The position numbers and the translations under genes were made by a program. A stretch of DNA of 64,000 bases, from assembly GCA_010093605.1 (NCBI GenBank), contig MU004185.1, positions 331,334 to 395,333 of the forward strand. The letters run 5' to 3'. Shown in pieces: positions 60,906 through 64,000 of this stretch (its first letter is position 1; every line of letters begins with the position of its first letter). Below the pieces are notes generated by a model. That model saw nothing but the letters and a program-made list of their open reading frames with translations, did not search any database and was not told where the DNA came from. This DNA is from Lophium mytilinum. Taxonomy: Eukaryota.

Positions 60906-61289
60906 GGGGCGAGTTTGGATTGAAGAGAGAGCTAGTATGTGGAGGGATACGAGGTAGAAAGGTGTGATCTGAGATAGTGTGGCAGAGTTAGTACTCAAGA
61001 GGTAAATTTCGTAGAGCAAAACATCAGGTCACGTGCTTTTATCGATTTGTGTACGTTTCTCAGCCGCATTGGGGTATGAGTATGTTACATGATTCATAAA
61101 GAAGAGTTTTTTATCGAAAGGCTTTTACTACGCTGAACATCTACAGTTCTCCGAAACATGATCCAGTCCGGTGGCTGTGATGGTGAAGTGAAACACAACC
61201 TAGGAACCATGCGGCGAAGGTGGGTTTGTTATTCGGGATGCCGAATATTCAGGGTCCAACTCTAAACGTCGCTCGGCGATAAACAATTG

Positions 61290-61420
61290 AACGTGATTTG
61301 GTAGGTGAACGCGATTTGGCAGGTAAATGTAAACCAGCAGGTAAACGCACTTCAGCAGGTAAACGCAATTCAGCAGGTATATACAATCCAGCCGGTGAAA
61401 GAGATTTAGCAGTTAAACCG
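61290..61420. repeat. ~7 degenerate 18-bp tandem repeats (GCAGGTAAACGCANTTCA-like) abutting the RIP region
   Basis: CAGGTAAA-type cores recur every 18 bp. The minus strand reads as PAELRL-type hexapeptides. Confidence 0.65.
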
Positions 61421-61445
61421 TTATTCTTAATCAACCTAGCTATAT

Positions 61446-64000
61446 ATTATTAAAACTAGTAAGGGTTCTATTAATAGTATAGACGCTAACTAGTTTACTA
61501 TATAATTCTACTAAAGTATATAGAACTATAGCTATATAGTCTTCTCTTTCTTAGTATAATCTAAGGGGAATTAAATCTATATAACCTAATTTTAATAGGT
61601 TATAAGCCTGGCTTAGCTAAGTATTACCTAATATCTATATAATAATATACTAAAAATATATAGGAGACCTATAATAGTTAACTACTACCCTTCTATTACG
61701 CAACCTCCTATATAATTTAACTATAGAATTAAATAGGTTAATCTATATTTAGAAATCTAGACTAGGTCTAGATACTAAAAAATATTAAAACTTTAGTATA
61801 ATATCTAGCTAAACCTATCTAGACCTATACTAACTATAGTACTACTCTATCTAAGCTATCTATATATAATATACTCCGGTAACCCCTTATATCTAGAATA
61901 AATATCTAGATCTAGGCCCTTATATACTCGGTTTAATTAAGTAATAATAAAGTAAGTACCCGCTATTATAAAATAATATTTAAAATACTTAAAGGGAAGA
62001 AAATCCTCTTTATAATAAGTTTAACTTACTCTCTCTATCTACCTTTATATATTTAAAAGATATATAACCTTTAATCTTATCTACTAAAGCCTACCTAGAA
62101 AGAAGTCTATTATATACTAAATTAAAACAACTTCTAATACCTAGCTAAGAACCTCTTAGTTAGTGCCTTTAAGCTATACGCTAAAAGACCTTAAGATATT
62201 AGACTATTAGATAAGCAGGACGCCTATTTTAAAATTATAGCTAGCACTAATAAAGATTACATTAATAATAATATATTAGATACTACTATTATCTTAAATT
62301 ACTCTATAAATAATACTTTTCTATTAAGTATTAATAGCCGTAATCTATAGGGACTATTAGCATAGTTAAGACCTAGACTAAGGCCTAAAGTAACTATAGA
62401 AGCTATCTTATCTTAATTAGAAACGCTAAGTATATCTTCTATATCTATATAGTAGACTTATATATTACTCTATATAGAAATACTACTCTATTAATACTCT
62501 CTAGCTCTAATTATAATTAGATTCTTACTAGAATTATTATCTAGGTTATTCTTATCTAAGCTAGAACTAACTTCTTTATCTTCTTTATTCTCTAGATTAG
62601 AACTAATTACCCTAAGACGCTATGCCGGTTAAGATAGGCAAAGCGTTGCTAGCTTAGATTAAGAAACTTAACTTATTAACTAGCTAGATTTAGTAGAATT
62701 GGGAAATAATAGCATAGCTATAAATAAACGGTTTTAGCAATCTTCTAGTAGAGGGATAGAATTAGATAGCACTAATAGCTTCTCTAGATTCTTAAATAGT
62801 AATAATAGTTACTATAGACACCCCCGTAGTAGAATAGAAAGCTAGCGGATCTACTTAACCTTTAAATTTAGGTACTATAATAGTAGTAGACGCTAGATTA
62901 ATTGCAAGATAGAAAGATAAGATAGAGAAATATAAGGAAAAGCTAAATAAATAGCTTAACTATTAGAACTAAGTAACATCTATAATTATAACTTAATGCG
63001 GGTTTAATATATAATATATAATAGATAATATTAAATAAGTAGTACTACTACTTAACGCCCTATACCTCTACTTCTAAGATATAGGCTATAGAATAATCTA
63101 TTAGTATTAACTTAACTATAGTAATATATTATTTAATAATTATATAAGTATAGAAGACTTTATAGATAAGCTCTAAGAAGTAAATTAAGACCTTACTAAT
63201 ATTAATCTAACCTGCAAATATAGTAAAGTACACTTAATTAATAACTTCTTTAATAGACTTAGAACTAACTACTAAATATTAGCTAACCTCTTCTAAACTT
63301 AAAATCTAACTATTCCTATAAGAGATGCAGCTAGTATTATTATAAGACTAGCTTTAAACTTTAGCTCTACTATTATAGTAATATAATGTTACAAGACTTC
63401 TCTTAAAGTAGATAAAGAATATAAAAAAGCTATAATAGCTACGTAAGCTAAAGGGAAATTATATAGTACTAGAAATAGAAAAGAAAACTATACTTATAAT
63501 AAGTATTATACTTATTATAAAAAGAAGGCCTAGTATAACGCTTCTATCTACTAGAAACTTTATCTATATCTAGAAAAGGAGTTTAAAGAAAAGAAGGTGG
63601 CTAAGAGAAAGGTAAAATAGAAGAAGAAGGCTAATAATTCTAAGGAATCTAGCTTAAAGCGCTAGAAAATAGACACTATTAAGAAATATAGCGCTAACCT
63701 AGTAGTCTTTTCTACTAATTTTAAATTTCTAGAAGGAACTAACTACATTATCTATATAGTAAATACGTCTGCTATATCTAATAACGTCTAGCTAATTAAT
63801 ACGGGTTGTTTAACTTACTATTGCAGTATCTAAAAAGACTTTATTAAATCTATAATAAAGCTATATTAAGGCCCTAGAATAGAAGAAATAGAAGGAACTA
63901 TTATCTAACTAACTAAAATAGAAATAGTTTAGCTAGAATGCAACTATAAGGAATAGTAGGTTCTTTTCTATCTTACTAATATATTATATACTCCCGGCTT
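61446..64000 (+). mobile_element. RIP-inactivated Ty1/copia LTR retrotransposon (5' LTR, PBS, gag, protease), running off the window end
   Basis: Extreme TpA excess and CpA/TpG depletion. TA-GGTTATAAGCC at 61596-61608 is a RIPped CA-GGTTATGAGCC (LTR end + copia-type PBS). Reversing RIP changes gives a zinc knuckle H...CWKLHP at ~63500-63570, protease WLIDTGCSTH at ~63785 and LYTPG at the window end. The LTR start is approximate. Confidence 0.85.

Overview
Eukaryotic, intron-containing DNA from a filamentous ascomycete (Pezizomycotina, probably a Dothideomycete; the taxon is inference). Conserved housekeeping genes lie in two blocks. Left block: DUR3 urea transporter, DUF202 membrane protein, ZRC1/COT1 zinc transporter, PTR2 peptide transporter. 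Right block: IQ-motif protein, DUF3659 repeat protein, gamma-butyrobetaine dioxygenase-like, TPC1, TPA1. Between them are accessory-looking segments. (1) A ~4.5 kb ORF-free region (14.6-19.2 kb) holds a ~47-52 bp dual-motif repeat array and repeated TATA/CACGTG bidirectional promoter-like cassettes. (2) An island (19-36 kb) holds a family of F-box-like (LPxELRNxIY) paralogs, a J-domain gene, a degenerate SesB-like membrane protein, two secreted Cys-rich proteins and a tiny MITE. (3) A 47.8-55 kb block holds a MITE-interrupted membrane-protein gene and a head-to-head pair: HeLo-like/kinase-like and C2H2 + DUF6590 (MazF-like motif). The window ends in a RIP-mutated Ty1/copia LTR retrotransposon (~61.45-64 kb). 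Three genes carry a single in-frame TAG, two of them at positions where Trp is expected. All family assignments come from motif recognition by eye, not from database searches.
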